This document shows positions 27,705 through 38,252 of a stretch of DNA of 64,000 bases, piece after piece. The position numbers and the translations under genes were made by a program. The stretch covers positions 124,001 to 188,000 of the IMG/VR virus record IMGVR_UViG_3300024999_000029; one strand, written 5' to 3'. The notes under the pieces were generated by a model, which was not told where the DNA came from, ran no database searches, and saw only the letters and a list, made by a program, of their open reading frames with translations. How positions within the stretch are numbered: the stretch's first letter is position 1; every line of letters begins with the position of its first letter.

Positions 27705-28073
27705 TTATAATAATTGTAGTCTTTTAATATACTGTTGCGTTTCTGACTTCCGCATTACTCCTAACCCGACACATGTTAAACTTCCAGTAGGTATTTCAGT
27801 CAATCCTAAATCTTCAATATAGTAAAATCCCTCTTCTTTAAGTTTTAATAAATCTTTAGTCTTACCTCTTAATATAATTTTCTTTTGGTTGTGGTTTGTA
27901 TACCACTCTATAAATGTTTTCTTTCTTTCCACCCATAGTTTATTTTCTTGAAAGCACAAACTATCAAGTGAAATAATGGTCGCAACATGAGCCACTTGAC
28001 CAGCTATTTTACCGACAGACATATTTAATTCTGAATTTATTATGTAATATTGAACTAATTCGTCTCTATCCAT
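27705..28073 (-). CDS. pth2: Peptidyl-tRNA hydrolase type 2 (Pth2), copy 2
   Basis: YYIINSELNMSVGKIAGQVAHV, QKKIILR, IEDLGLTEI...LTCVG, ending QLL. Confidence 0.88.
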   Translation of the reverse strand: MDRDELVQYYIINSELNMSVGKIAGQVAHVATIISLDSLCFQENKLWVERKKTFIEWYTNHNQKKIILRGKTKDLLKLKEEGFYYIEDLGLTEIPTGSLTCVGLGVMRKSETQQYIKRLQLL

Positions 28074-28095
28074 TGCTATTATCCTTTCTCATAGT

Positions 28096-29289
28096 TTATA
28101 TTTTGATTAAAAGTGATTTTTTATTGAAACTTTGTTGTATTTCCCAATCTTTTTTATACATCCATTTATATCCACCAGACTGTTTATATTCGCCTTTACA
28201 AACTTCCGAAATATGATATGCTCCAGTTTCACTTTTTGCTTTTCCAACACTGTCATACTTATTAATTATTTCACCTGTATTTATATTTAATTGTACTACT
28301 GGGTTTGATTGTTGATCGAATTTTTTATATTTACACCAATCTAATTCATCACCTTGTTTTAAATATTTAGTAATAGTTTTTCTACTTAATTTTATTTCTT
28401 TGCTAATATCTAAAGTATTATTCATACCACTATTCCATAAATCACAGACCGATTTCACTAACGAATTACAAGCAAATTCATGACACCTTATCCAATCAAT
28501 TCTTGATAAATCAAATATATTTATTATTTCACTATCTAATATATTAGTTTTTATGTATTGTAAATTAGGCGACTGTGCATCAATAATTATATAATTTGTA
28601 ATTCCGTTTATTTTGGCAATACATTCTTTTATTTCATCATTTTCTCGTTCTTCTTTTAGAGTCCTTAATGAATTAGGAAAACTTTTTTCATAATGTTGGT
28701 TGCCGTGTACCTCAATTATAATATTTTTATTTTCAATATAAAAATCGTATATCTTAGTACCATTAAGCTTTGTATTTGTATGTTCAATGTTTTTACTCCA
28801 GCTAAAAACATGTTCTGTTGTGAATTCAATACCTAACTGAATTAAAACATTATACATAAATTTCTGGGCATAACTCACCCCGTCAGAACACTTAGGGCAA
28901 GACAAACCTCGTTTACTAATATTATTTATTGATTTGTTTATTATTATATTTTCGCATTTGTCGCATTTCCAATTCACAAATACACTACTTGCTTGAGTAT
29001 ATTTAAACCCATCATTTTTATCATGCAGCAAATTAGCTAAACTAGGATTAGTTGTCCACATATCATTAATTCCTATTTTAACTTTTTTGTTAGAGCATAT
29101 AGGACATTTACGATTGGCTTTTAAATGATATTCATCCATTTTCCCTATATATTTACATTGCAAACATTCATATTTATAGCCTTTAATAGTATGTTTCCCA
29201 TGGTTAATCCTAATTAGGTTTAATATTTTTATATTACCATTGATTACATCATTAATATTATACTTGTATTTATGTGTTATGTTTTCCAA
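28096..29289 (-). CDS. Putative homing endonuclease (zinc ribbons, PD-(D/E)xK nuclease, C-terminal NUMOD1)
   Basis: CPICSNKKV...NPSLA treble-clef pattern; YDFYIENKNIIIEVHGNQHY; PVVQLN...INKYDSVGKA...CKG.YKQSGGYKW. Confidence 0.8.
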   Translation of the reverse strand: MENITHKYKYNINDVINGNIKILNLIRINHGKHTIKGYKYECLQCKYIGKMDEYHLKANRKCPICSNKKVKIGINDMWTTNPSLANLLHDKNDGFKYTQASSVFVNWKCDKCENIIINKSINNISKRGLSCPKCSDGVSYAQKFMYNVLIQLGIEFTTEHVFSWSKNIEHTNTKLNGTKIYDFYIENKNIIIEVHGNQHYEKSFPNSLRTLKEERENDEIKECIAKINGITNYIIIDAQSPNLQYIKTNILDSEIINIFDLSRIDWIRCHEFACNSLVKSVCDLWNSGMNNTLDISKEIKLSRKTITKYLKQGDELDWCKYKKFDQQSNPVVQLNINTGEIINKYDSVGKAKSETGAYHISEVCKGEYKQSGGYKWMYKKDWEIQQSFNKKSLLIKI

Positions 29290-29362
29290 TTATATCCTCC
29301 CCGTCAGGAGGGTAGCTACCATTAATTACACGTGTACTCCATTTGTTTTATATTTTAGATTA

Positions 29363-29986
29363 TTATAATTGATTTAAATTTTCAGCTTCTTTTAACCACT
29401 GCTTTATTTTTATAAGCTTTTCTTCTGAGAAGAAATCTTTGGATCTAAGCCAAGCTTCTATATCTAACTGTCTTTTACTACTATTACACCCTTTACATGA
29501 TGGAACGCAATTATTTATTGTATTAACTCCATTGTGTATTACATGTTCTTTATGTAATTGTTGTCTATATTTTTCTTTGTGGTCTTGTTCGCTAGTTCCA
29601 CAATAAGCACATTCATGATTAAAATAATCTAAGCAATATTTCCATTCTTTATTATTTATTTTATGATTTTTGTTTCTTCTTTTTTTACTATATTCATTAA
29701 CTTTATCACGATGTTGTTTTTGATACTCTTTGGTATATTCTAAGATGTGTTTTTTATTATTTTTTCTCCACAATTCATCTTTAGTTGATTCTCTTTCTTT
29801 ATTTCTTTGTTTCCATTGTCTTTGAGATTCTCTTGATTTATCTAAATTTTTCTCTCTATATATTTTTTGGTATTCATCCCTACAATGCTTACATGGTTGC
29901 CCCAGTTTTCCATTTACTTTGTAAAAATATTCCTCTGTTGCAGGTTTGTATTCTCTGCATTTAGTACATTGTTTTAATTCTTCCAA
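29363..29986 (-). CDS. HNH endonuclease (putative homing)
   Basis: CAYCG...LHKEHVIHNG...NCVPSCKGCNSSK. Confidence 0.85.
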   Translation of the reverse strand: MEELKQCTKCREYKPATEEYFYKVNGKLGQPCKHCRDEYQKIYREKNLDKSRESQRQWKQRNKERESTKDELWRKNNKKHILEYTKEYQKQHRDKVNEYSKKRRNKNHKINNKEWKYCLDYFNHECAYCGTSEQDHKEKYRQQLHKEHVIHNGVNTINNCVPSCKGCNSSKRQLDIEAWLRSKDFFSEEKLIKIKQWLKEAENLNQL

Positions 29987-30232
29987 TTCTTCACCTCCTA
30001 AATTACAATAGAATCACTCTTTTATCGTAAAATACGTTTCTACAGCCCTACTCTCCCAAGGGTTTCAAAAATGGAGAGTCTTGAAAATCATAAAATCTTG
30101 CCAAAATTAGGTTTTCCTCATTATTTAAGCATTTGGAACTCAAAACCTAATATTAGTCCGACTGTAAAGCATAATAAAAGCAAAATAACGTATTTTAAGT
30201 AATTACTCATGTTTTTCTCCTTATTTTATATT

Positions 30233-30793
30233 TTAGATTAAATAATTTCTAACTGATTGCCAATTCGATATTCTTAAACCTTCCCATTGTTCGTTCCATG
30301 CTTTTACTCCACCAAAACACATTTTTAATGTAGCATCTGAAGAATCAAGGTTGCTTTTAACGTCATCAATAAAAATTGCTCCCTTACCCATCTTTACTAT
30401 TTCTTTTGTCATTTGAACTCCATCATTGACAAGCAAAACCGAGTTCTTTATAAATGGTAACTTTTCCTTTATAAATAAAGATTTTCTGAAGATATTTGAA
30501 TATGTACCAATCGAGGCTATTATTATTTTATATTTCTCATTCAATTCCTGCAGCACTTCATAGGCATCTGGCATAAACTCAAGCACATGGAAGAATTCAA
30601 ATGAAGCAAACATATCATCAATTCTATCAATTGCTAGTGGACATTCTTCTCCAAAATTCCAGAGCTTATTGTTTAGATAATTAGCTGGCTTAAAACCATC
30701 TACTCTTTGATATCTCATATTATAAGCGTCACAATATGCTTTGGATGACTGGGTGATTGTATCGTCGAAATCGACAAACAAATTATATTTCAT
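30233..30793 (-). CDS. 5'(3')-deoxyribonucleotidase (NT5C-like HAD)
   Basis: FVDFDDTI, MPDAYEVLQEL and IFIDD motifs. Confidence 0.75.
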   Translation of the reverse strand: MKYNLFVDFDDTITQSSKAYCDAYNMRYQRVDGFKPANYLNNKLWNFGEECPLAIDRIDDMFASFEFFHVLEFMPDAYEVLQELNEKYKIIIASIGTYSNIFRKSLFIKEKLPFIKNSVLLVNDGVQMTKEIVKMGKGAIFIDDVKSNLDSSDATLKMCFGGVKAWNEQWEGLRISNWQSVRNYLI

Positions 30794-30794
30794 A

Positions 30795-31406
30795 TTATAA
30801 ATCCTCCAAAATCAATTCTTTAAATCGTGGCAGCCCTTCTACCCAATCACAAAAATAATGCCACTCTTCAAGTTTATGGTTTTTGCGTTGGTCATAAATA
30901 GTCTTTAGTTGCAAATAGTTGGTCGTGATTCTTTTAGTTAAATTTAAACCTTCTGGAGTATTTGATATAATCCATTGAAAAAGCTCTTGTTTTCTATCAT
31001 TGTCTTGGCATGTATTATAGTGATCTATATAAAAACGTAAAATATCTTTGATTTGTTTGCTTACATATTTATTGCATTGCTTATCTAAATCCATTTTTGT
31101 AATTCTATGCATTGTAGATTGGCTGCTTATGACATCATGAAAATGATACCTATCCCATTGCAACCAAAAGTATTGAGGCATTTCTACATCTGCTTGGACT
31201 ACAACTCCTTTAAATGCACAATTATGCCCCGAGCCTGCCTTAGCATGACCTAATATTTTAGCTCTTTTTAAGTCTTTTTCTGTAAACACTTCATTGTTTT
31301 CGCCAGTAAATATATCGTTAAAATCTTTGACCTCAATCGACATTGGATAACCACTTGCTATTATTGATTCTTCTAACCCGTAAACTTTTACATTAAATAT
31401 ATTCAT
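30795..31406 (-). CDS. Divergent ThyX-like (flavin-dependent thymidylate synthase-related) protein
   Basis: SGH...QWDRYHF..VISSQSTMHR...TTNYLQLKTIYDQRKNHKLEEWHYFC resembles phage ThyX-like proteins; located in a nucleotide metabolism cluster. Confidence 0.5.
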   Translation of the reverse strand: MNIFNVKVYGLEESIIASGYPMSIEVKDFNDIFTGENNEVFTEKDLKRAKILGHAKAGSGHNCAFKGVVVQADVEMPQYFWLQWDRYHFHDVISSQSTMHRITKMDLDKQCNKYVSKQIKDILRFYIDHYNTCQDNDRKQELFQWIISNTPEGLNLTKRITTNYLQLKTIYDQRKNHKLEEWHYFCDWVEGLPRFKELILEDL

Positions 31407-31823
31407 TATATATCCTCCATGATTATAATTGCCTCAGCTTCACATTTACAAAGTTCTACGTTTTTTATTTGATATAATGCATTATTTAGACTTTGTATAA
31501 AAACTTCTTCATCTCTTGCTCTAATGATTCAAGACACATGTCTACTATGGAATCAAGGTGTTTTTGTGTTGGCTGCCTTTTACACCTTTTAAAATACCAC
31601 TTCTTACATTCTTGGATGATATCTTCTTTATTGTTCATTTTATCACCTCAATTTTATATTTTATTTATATGTATTTAATCCTAAAACTATTTTATTTGCT
31701 AATTCTTCAGTTAAAATTTTATCTGCAACCATGCAGCCATATTTATCTCTAATACAATAAGTTAATGCTGTGCTGTTTGGAAACATTTTATATCCTTCTA
31801 CTTTATACATAATTTACTCTCCT

Positions 31824-32267
31824 TTATTCAGATGCTTTAGGCAATAGACTCCATAATTCAATATCATTATTATTTTTATAATCAATAAATCCGATTACAT
31901 ACCAATCTTCAACATCACAACTATGAACAGGATTCTTGTAATTATCAATATAATTTCCATCTTCATCTAGCCATCCCCATCCAATTTCATCTTTAAATTC
32001 TTCTACGTCTGTTTCTGATCCTATCCATATATAAGGTTTCATAATTTTAAATTCAGCAAAATTATTAAATCTTTTATCAATAATCATGCAAAGAAACCAT
32101 TTTTCAGAATTATAAATTGCTTCTTCTTTTAAATCTTTAGTTGTGCATTCTTCTGTTGGAAAATCAGTACTTAGAAAATTATAAATATCTTTAAAGTTTT
32201 GTATTGGCATTTTTGTACCCTTTCTATAATCCCTCAATTTTAATCTCACTTTTCTTAAAAATATCAT
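31824..32267 (-). CDS. Hypothetical protein
   Basis: Packed minus-strand ORF. Confidence 0.6.
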   Translation of the reverse strand: MIFLRKVRLKLRDYRKGTKMPIQNFKDIYNFLSTDFPTEECTTKDLKEEAIYNSEKWFLCMIIDKRFNNFAEFKIMKPYIWIGSETDVEEFKDEIGWGWLDEDGNYIDNYKNPVHSCDVEDWYVIGFIDYKNNNDIELWSLLPKASE

Positions 32268-32293
32268 TATAGCCTTAGATTCAATTTAATATT

Positions 32294-32725
32294 TTACCAA
32301 ATTTCATTTTGCAAGTTAAAAACTCTTCTGTAACTATTACCTCTTAAGCTAAATTCATTGTTTTTCCTAACTTGCTTATTACTCCACTTTTTATAGAATC
32401 TCTTTGTATTAGTAGAAAACCATGCTCTAATTAAATAATAAGGCTTTTCTTCTAAATATTTATTCTTTTCCCATACAGTCCAATACACAGAATTTTTAAG
32501 TTTTTGAAGTTTATATTTGCCATATAGTTTATTTTTATAATAATTATCTTTGTTTTTAAATTGTTTTTTGTGGTTTTTAAGTTTATTACAATGATAATCA
32601 TTATCTTCTAAAATATTAATACATTCATCTATTCGCCATTGATCCATTTTCCAATATACATCTTCGCTTGTATCAGAATCATCATAAACCCATTCTCCAT
32701 CAAAACAAAAAGGCTCTTTTTGCAA
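32294..32725 (-). CDS. Hypothetical protein
   Basis: Packed minus-strand ORF; basic C-terminal half. Confidence 0.6.
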   Translation of the reverse strand: MQKEPFCFDGEWVYDDSDTSEDVYWKMDQWRIDECINILEDNDYHCNKLKNHKKQFKNKDNYYKNKLYGKYKLQKLKNSVYWTVWEKNKYLEEKPYYLIRAWFSTNTKRFYKKWSNKQVRKNNEFSLRGNSYRRVFNLQNEIW

Positions 32726-32828
32726 ATTTCGATATGCTTCTAATTCATTCCAGTCAGTATATAATTCTATTAATTCTGTTTGTCTATTTATAAAATCACC
32801 TACTTTTATATTTATTAGGGACTTTGTT

Positions 32829-33038
32829 TTAATTGAGCATTACTACATCTAAGTTATCAGATGCTTTATATAATTCTTCTAATGAATATATAAGAATCTC
32901 TGATTTCTTATAATCAAAATCATCCTTGCAGCAATCATATATCTTTTGTTGCGCATCTTTTTTATTCTCTGCTCTCACCAAAAAACTATAACCATAGTTG
33001 AGACAAGGAACATTTATTTCAGCCATATAATATTTCAT
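32829..33038 (-). CDS. Hypothetical protein
   Basis: SD aggaga. Confidence 0.6.
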   Translation of the reverse strand: MKYYMAEINVPCLNYGYSFLVRAENKKDAQQKIYDCCKDDFDYKKSEILIYSLEELYKASDNLDVVMLN

Positions 33039-33076
33039 TACTGATCTCCTTCTTATATTTCATTCAAAATAAATTT

Positions 33077-33550
33077 TTATTTGGCTATTCGCTTTCTCCA
33101 TTTATTATTTTTTTTTCGTAAGTTTTGAGAATACTCGGTTAAATAATTTTTTAGTGGTTTTATTTCTTTTAATGATGTAAAGTTTAAAGTTTTTATTTCA
33201 GTTGCACCAAGCCTATCCCAACTTTCTTCTCTATGCCATGATGCTAATATCGGGTATTCGTCAGCAGAAGGTACTAATGTGTTTTCATTGACGTTATTCA
33301 ATAAAAATTCTTCTAACTCGGATACATTTTTTATTAAATAGTTTTCTTCGTCACAACTTTCATTCTCATAATCTTCATATCTAACGTCTAAATCATTTAA
33401 TATATCATATAAAGTTTCAAACATTGGGATATCTCCACCACAATAATTTTCTGCACCGTGTTTTAGAAACCATTTCAATAGCTTAGTAAATTCAGAATGA
33501 TTGTTGATTATGCATTGGTTTGTGCTATGTGTATAATCTTTTAATGCCAT
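33077..33550 (-). CDS. Hypothetical protein
   Basis: Coupled to the upstream ORF. Confidence 0.6.
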   Translation of the reverse strand: MALKDYTHSTNQCIINNHSEFTKLLKWFLKHGAENYCGGDIPMFETLYDILNDLDVRYEDYENESCDEENYLIKNVSELEEFLLNNVNENTLVPSADEYPILASWHREESWDRLGATEIKTLNFTSLKEIKPLKNYLTEYSQNLRKKNNKWRKRIAK

Positions 33551-34050
33551 TATTTTTTATCCTCCAAACACTCATTTATAACATTAGCTACGGCTAGTGA
33601 CATTTTAGATTTAAACACTGCGTCTTGCTTTAACTCATTGCTAACCTTGTCAAATAATCCATCATTATTGTTTATAATTGTTTTAGCAATTTTATGTGAA
33701 AATCCAGTCTTGATAGCAGCTTTAAAATCATCCAGTTTAATAACATCGTTAAAACTATCTGCTATAATTTTCTTTAATTCTGCTGAATTCTCATTTATTA
33801 CACTCGTGACAATTTTAACTAAAGGACTATCATATTTTGTAAGTGATTCTTGAATAGCCTTTTGAATAGATGCTTGTGCCGTTGATAAAATATCTTGCTC
33901 AAGAGTAATAGGCATATGTTTTTGATTTACTTTAGTATTAATTTCATCGATAGTTTTAGTTAATTTTTCTACCAACAATCTATTCTCTGTTTTAATATCT
34001 GAAACAGTTTTATATAATTGGTCTATTGTTTTTTGCTCTGCGTTTGTCAT
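33550..34050 (-). CDS. Hypothetical protein (helical)
   Basis: SD aaggaga. Confidence 0.65.
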   Translation of the reverse strand: MTNAEQKTIDQLYKTVSDIKTENRLLVEKLTKTIDEINTKVNQKHMPITLEQDILSTAQASIQKAIQESLTKYDSPLVKIVTSVINENSAELKKIIADSFNDVIKLDDFKAAIKTGFSHKIAKTIINNNDGLFDKVSNELKQDAVFKSKMSLAVANVINECLEDKK

Positions 34051-34658
34051 AATTTTATATCTCCTTTATTAAAATAGAACTTTATTCTAAACTAGTTTCT
34101 ATATCATATATAAATTGTTTCGATTCTAAATATTTATATCTATTGTGCATTAAATTATCTATTGCCTTTAGTATCTTTTTGCTTTCTCAAAATTTCCATA
34201 TATACATTCAACATAATGCCATTCAAGTAGCCTAGTGAGTGTATCAGAATAGGTAATATGCATCACGACCTCCTAAATTAATAATTTGAATAGTCCTATG
34301 AGTAAAGCTGCTGGTAATAACATCCACGCAATCATAGATAATATTATACTTGTCCATATAACTACTATAACTAAACAACCAGCCCAATAAACAATTTGAT
34401 TCAATAATTTCAATAACCATATTTTAATTTTTGTAACCATGTTTCTCCTTTCTCATTTACTGAATAAATCTTTGACTTTTGCATATAATAAATTGGCAAC
34501 TAAAGTTTCTGCAAGATTATCTTTTTATTGCAGGATAGAAGAGAAATCTTCTATCCTTTTACTCAAACTTACCCTTTGAATAAAACCCGAATTTCATCAA
34601 AATTTATCCATTCTGACAGCCCCATAGAGCGATTATTTTAGGGAGGGTAATATACTTA

Positions 34659-34889
34659 CTACCCTCTAAAAAGTGCAACGTCAATTAATTTTTGCCACCA
34701 AGTTCTTTTCTCTATAAAATTTGCATCTCTGCTTTCTAAAATCGAAATTACAAACTCTATTCCATTAATAAATGAATCATTCCAATCTGACGACTTAGAT
34801 TCATCAACCAATGTTTCATAAACTGTTTTAATGTCAGCCATTTTTTCTTCATAAGTTAATTCACTTAAAGGTTTATTCATTGAATTCAC
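34659..34889 (-). CDS. Hypothetical protein
   Basis: Packed minus-strand ORF. Confidence 0.55.
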   Translation of the reverse strand: MNSMNKPLSELTYEEKMADIKTVYETLVDESKSSDWNDSFINGIEFVISILESRDANFIEKRTWWQKLIDVALFRG

Positions 34890-34915
34890 TCACCAGTCTT
34901 TTATATTTTGCTTAA

Positions 34916-35206
34916 TTAACGTATTCCTATAAACTTCCCATAAAAACTTTCGTATTCTTGTTCCATAATTTCTCTTTTAGCTTTAGTGATTTTATCTTGT
35001 AGCTCTGGATATTTTTCTTGCAATCTTCTTCTTGTTCGAGATATGCTCTCAAAACTTTGTTGATACTTGATAAAGTTTTCTTTTGTGAATTGTGCATCTA
35101 GGATTTTCTCCATAAAGTATGTATATAGTAAATGATCATTGCTTTGTGTTTCTGGGTAATTGATTAATAGTGCGTGTACTCCTTGTTCAACATATTTAAA
35201 ATTCAT
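34916..35206 (-). CDS. Hypothetical protein
   Basis: SD aaggagg; FESISRTRRRLQEKYPEL motif. Confidence 0.6.
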   Translation of the reverse strand: MNFKYVEQGVHALLINYPETQSNDHLLYTYFMEKILDAQFTKENFIKYQQSFESISRTRRRLQEKYPELQDKITKAKREIMEQEYESFYGKFIGIR

Positions 35207-35217
35207 AATAGCCTCCT

Positions 35218-35721
35218 TTAATTCGTACTTCCGAATCCTCCAGTTCTTTCTCCAGTTGCATTATCATTATCTACGGTTAAAAACTTTTGGAATACTCCTT
35301 GCCCAATTCTATCTCCTTTTTTTATTTCAACGTCATATGGGAAGAAGTTATAAAATCCAAACATTATTTCACCTTCGTTGCTTTCGTTGTCAAAATAATC
35401 ACTCTCAATGCAGCCTACTCCATTACTTAAAACCAATCCTAGCTTGAATGGATTGCTTGATCTATTGTACATGAATAACCCTTCATCTTCTGGGAAATAT
35501 GCTTTAATTCCTGTGTGTATTAATGTTGGCTTAATAGGATTAAAGTCTTCTAATCCCTTAAAAAAATTAATTAGATTATCAGTCATCTGTTTCCATATAG
35601 AAGGTATTTTTATGTCCTCGGCACTTTCGAAATCATAGCCAACCGAATGAGCAGTTGAACGTTTTGGTAAATTAATATTCATGTCTTTATATTTAGAAAC
35701 TACATCGAAATATCTAGTCAT
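35218..35721 (-). CDS. dut: Trimeric dUTPase
   Basis: SVGYDF, RSS, GCIESDY, GDRIGQG and C-terminal RTGGFGST motifs. Confidence 0.92.
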   Translation of the reverse strand: MTRYFDVVSKYKDMNINLPKRSTAHSVGYDFESAEDIKIPSIWKQMTDNLINFFKGLEDFNPIKPTLIHTGIKAYFPEDEGLFMYNRSSNPFKLGLVLSNGVGCIESDYFDNESNEGEIMFGFYNFFPYDVEIKKGDRIGQGVFQKFLTVDNDNATGERTGGFGSTN

Positions 35722-35902
35722 TGTTTTCCTCCGCTTTTATAAATAATTGGCATATACATTCCTGTGTTTCTCTGAAATCCAAGCAAGGGCATAATGAATT
35801 ATCATCAGCTAATAGCCTACAAGGACAATGATTCAAGTTTAATTTTAATTTCTCTCTTATTTGTTTAACCTTTTCTTTGTCTGGATTTAATATAACTTTC
35901 AT
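35714..35902 (-). CDS. Ferredoxin-thioredoxin reductase catalytic-subunit-like protein
   Basis: HCPCRL...CPCLDF...CICQLF six-cysteine pattern. Confidence 0.75.
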   Translation of the reverse strand: MKVILNPDKEKVKQIREKLKLNLNHCPCRLLADDNSLCPCLDFRETQECICQLFIKAEENND

Positions 35903-36354
35903 TAAAACTCCCCTTTTATGTATATTTTTTGATTGCTTGTAGCCAGTTTAATTCCATATTGTATATTGTTTTCTGTTTTTAAATCTTCTTTGTACTCCCC
36001 GCACTTTATATAATCACAAAGATTTTTTATTCCTGTTGGTATTTGCTGTATTTCATATCTAGTCCATAGCCATATATTTTTATTAGCTATTTTTAGTCCT
36101 CTAATGAGAGATATTACTTCATCATGATTTTGATTTAAAGGTTCTCCTCCTAATATCCAAACGTGTTTTATTAAAGTATCAAACCTTTTTATTTTTTTTA
36201 TTATATCCTCTAAAACTAAGGGGGAGAGGGGGACTCCTAGTGAGAAGTCCTTTAACTCTGGATTATGACAACCTTTACACTTTCCATTACAACCTGATAA
36301 ATATATTTCAAAACTTTCGGTATCTAAACTATACTGAGTTGATGCCATATTCAT
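35902..36354 (-). CDS. nrdG: Anaerobic ribonucleotide reductase activase (radical SAM)
   Basis: GCNGKCKGCHNP, LGGEPL and ATSNQ motifs; adjacent to nrdD. Confidence 0.88.
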   Translation of the reverse strand: MNMASTQYSLDTESFEIYLSGCNGKCKGCHNPELKDFSLGVPLSPLVLEDIIKKIKRFDTLIKHVWILGGEPLNQNHDEVISLIRGLKIANKNIWLWTRYEIQQIPTGIKNLCDYIKCGEYKEDLKTENNIQYGIKLATSNQKIYIKGEF

Positions 36355-38252
36355 TATACTTCACCATACCATTGACGATTTGGATAATCTTCTTCTCGTC
36401 TAGTTTTATGCCAGTTTTTTACATTAGTTAAGAATCCAACCACTCTAGTATAATTATTTACTATTTCCTTCCCACAAACTTCACATAAATCTTTTTTACC
36501 AACACTCATATGACCTTCTTCGCATTCTTGTAGATTATAATTTATGGCGTGATATACAATTCCCATCTTAGCAGAAGTCCTAATTAATTCTTTTATTTTA
36601 TTTTCGTCTTGTATTGGCATATCAACATTAATATGACATATAGCTCCTCCACTGAAATGTTTATCAAACATCCCTTGAAGTGATATTCTGTCTAATAAGT
36701 CGGCGTTTGTAACAAGCGGTATAAATTGATTACTATAAATATTATAAGTACTTTGATATCCTAATAATTCATCTTTTTGCGCTAACTTAATACTTAAATT
36801 TTCGGCTGGAACTTGTTCACAGTTGTGAGGAGAGTCATATTGCTTTTCAAATTTTTTATTTGCAGTATTAATGGCGTCTAATATGTCTAAAACAAATTGC
36901 TGACCTAATTCATTTAATACATCCATTCCCATGATTTCGACACATTCGTTCATTCCATTTACACCAACAGTTGAATATTGTTTTGATAGCTCCATATATC
37001 CAAGTGTATATAATGGTAAATTTCCGTTTTCAATTCTTTTTTTAACTATATGTCTTTTAGCGTTGTTGATTTTTGCACAAATTTCTATATATTTCTTTAA
37101 ATTTTCAAAAAAGACATCTCTATTGCCATTAGCCTTAATAGCAAGTCTTGGAAAATTAATTGAACAAACTCCAAGAGATCCTATTTTACTACTACCGCTT
37201 CCAAAACTATTAAAATACTCAGATTTTTTTTCGCTACGGAGTCTACAGCAAGAAGATAATGTTGAGCTGTCTCCACAATATATATTTATAAATCCAAATT
37301 CTTTATTTTGATTTGCAACAAACCCTAGAAATTTTTCATCTTTAATATTATTCTCTTTGTCTATGCTAAAACATGCAGTAGTAACTGGAAAAGTAATAGG
37401 AGTTCTCTTCATTTCTTCATTCATAATTGTCAAAAATAATGTCTGTAGTTTCCCTATGATATTAATATCTGGATAATTTCCATCTGGAAACAAATAATCC
37501 TCACATATCTTTTCTAAAAAATATTTATCATATATGCTAATATTGGTAAATGGACTTTGATTTGCTCTCATTGGTTGATTAACGGTATATATAAAAGATA
37601 TTAAATTTTCTTTAATATATATCCAGCAATCTTCTTCGGAAGCAAACTTAAAATGGGAATCTCCACAATTATCTAATATTTTCTTAGCATAATATGAGAG
37701 TATAACTAACATGTCGGCTAGTCCTGTAGCTCCCAATGTTGAATTAGAGGCTATCGTTGTGAACTGTTCAAGCTGAGATTTAAATGACAACAAATGTTTT
37801 GGAGATACAGATTTTATTTTTTTAACCATTGGAAGTCCATTTGTCATTACGTCATATGTTGAATAATTAAAACAGTAAGGCAATCCCGCCGCTATACCAT
37901 GAAAATCATGAATATAAATATCTCCGCTTAATTGCATTTCAATAATCTCATTTGCCAATCCTAGTCCATACAGTCTCTTTAATTCTTTCCATAGAATATA
38001 ATAACTGTTCAGTTTAAAAAATGGTTTTGGCATCTCGGTATTGTAAGCGATTACATCAACGCTATCAACATTCGCATTTGCGTCTATTGAAGCATCTGCT
38101 GTTGTTTTTGAAGAAAAGAATTTTTTACTAAACTTAGACATATCAGTTTGTTCGCCGATTCCTTCTAAGTCAAATAGTTTTTGATTATATTTACCTTTTA
38201 AATACATCATTAAATCGTCAAATTCTTGTTCATATGTAACTTTTAAATACAT
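36354..38252 (-). CDS. nrdD: Class III anaerobic ribonucleoside-triphosphate reductase
   Basis: IYIHD, SSCCRL, EQVPAEN, FSGGAI, CEEGH..CEVCG and TRVVGFL glycyl-radical motif. Confidence 0.93.
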   Translation of the reverse strand: MYLKVTYEQEFDDLMMYLKGKYNQKLFDLEGIGEQTDMSKFSKKFFSSKTTADASIDANANVDSVDVIAYNTEMPKPFFKLNSYYILWKELKRLYGLGLANEIIEMQLSGDIYIHDFHGIAAGLPYCFNYSTYDVMTNGLPMVKKIKSVSPKHLLSFKSQLEQFTTIASNSTLGATGLADMLVILSYYAKKILDNCGDSHFKFASEEDCWIYIKENLISFIYTVNQPMRANQSPFTNISIYDKYFLEKICEDYLFPDGNYPDINIIGKLQTLFLTIMNEEMKRTPITFPVTTACFSIDKENNIKDEKFLGFVANQNKEFGFINIYCGDSSTLSSCCRLRSEKKSEYFNSFGSGSSKIGSLGVCSINFPRLAIKANGNRDVFFENLKKYIEICAKINNAKRHIVKKRIENGNLPLYTLGYMELSKQYSTVGVNGMNECVEIMGMDVLNELGQQFVLDILDAINTANKKFEKQYDSPHNCEQVPAENLSIKLAQKDELLGYQSTYNIYSNQFIPLVTNADLLDRISLQGMFDKHFSGGAICHINVDMPIQDENKIKELIRTSAKMGIVYHAINYNLQECEEGHMSVGKKDLCEVCGKEIVNNYTRVVGFLTNVKNWHKTRREEDYPNRQWYGEV

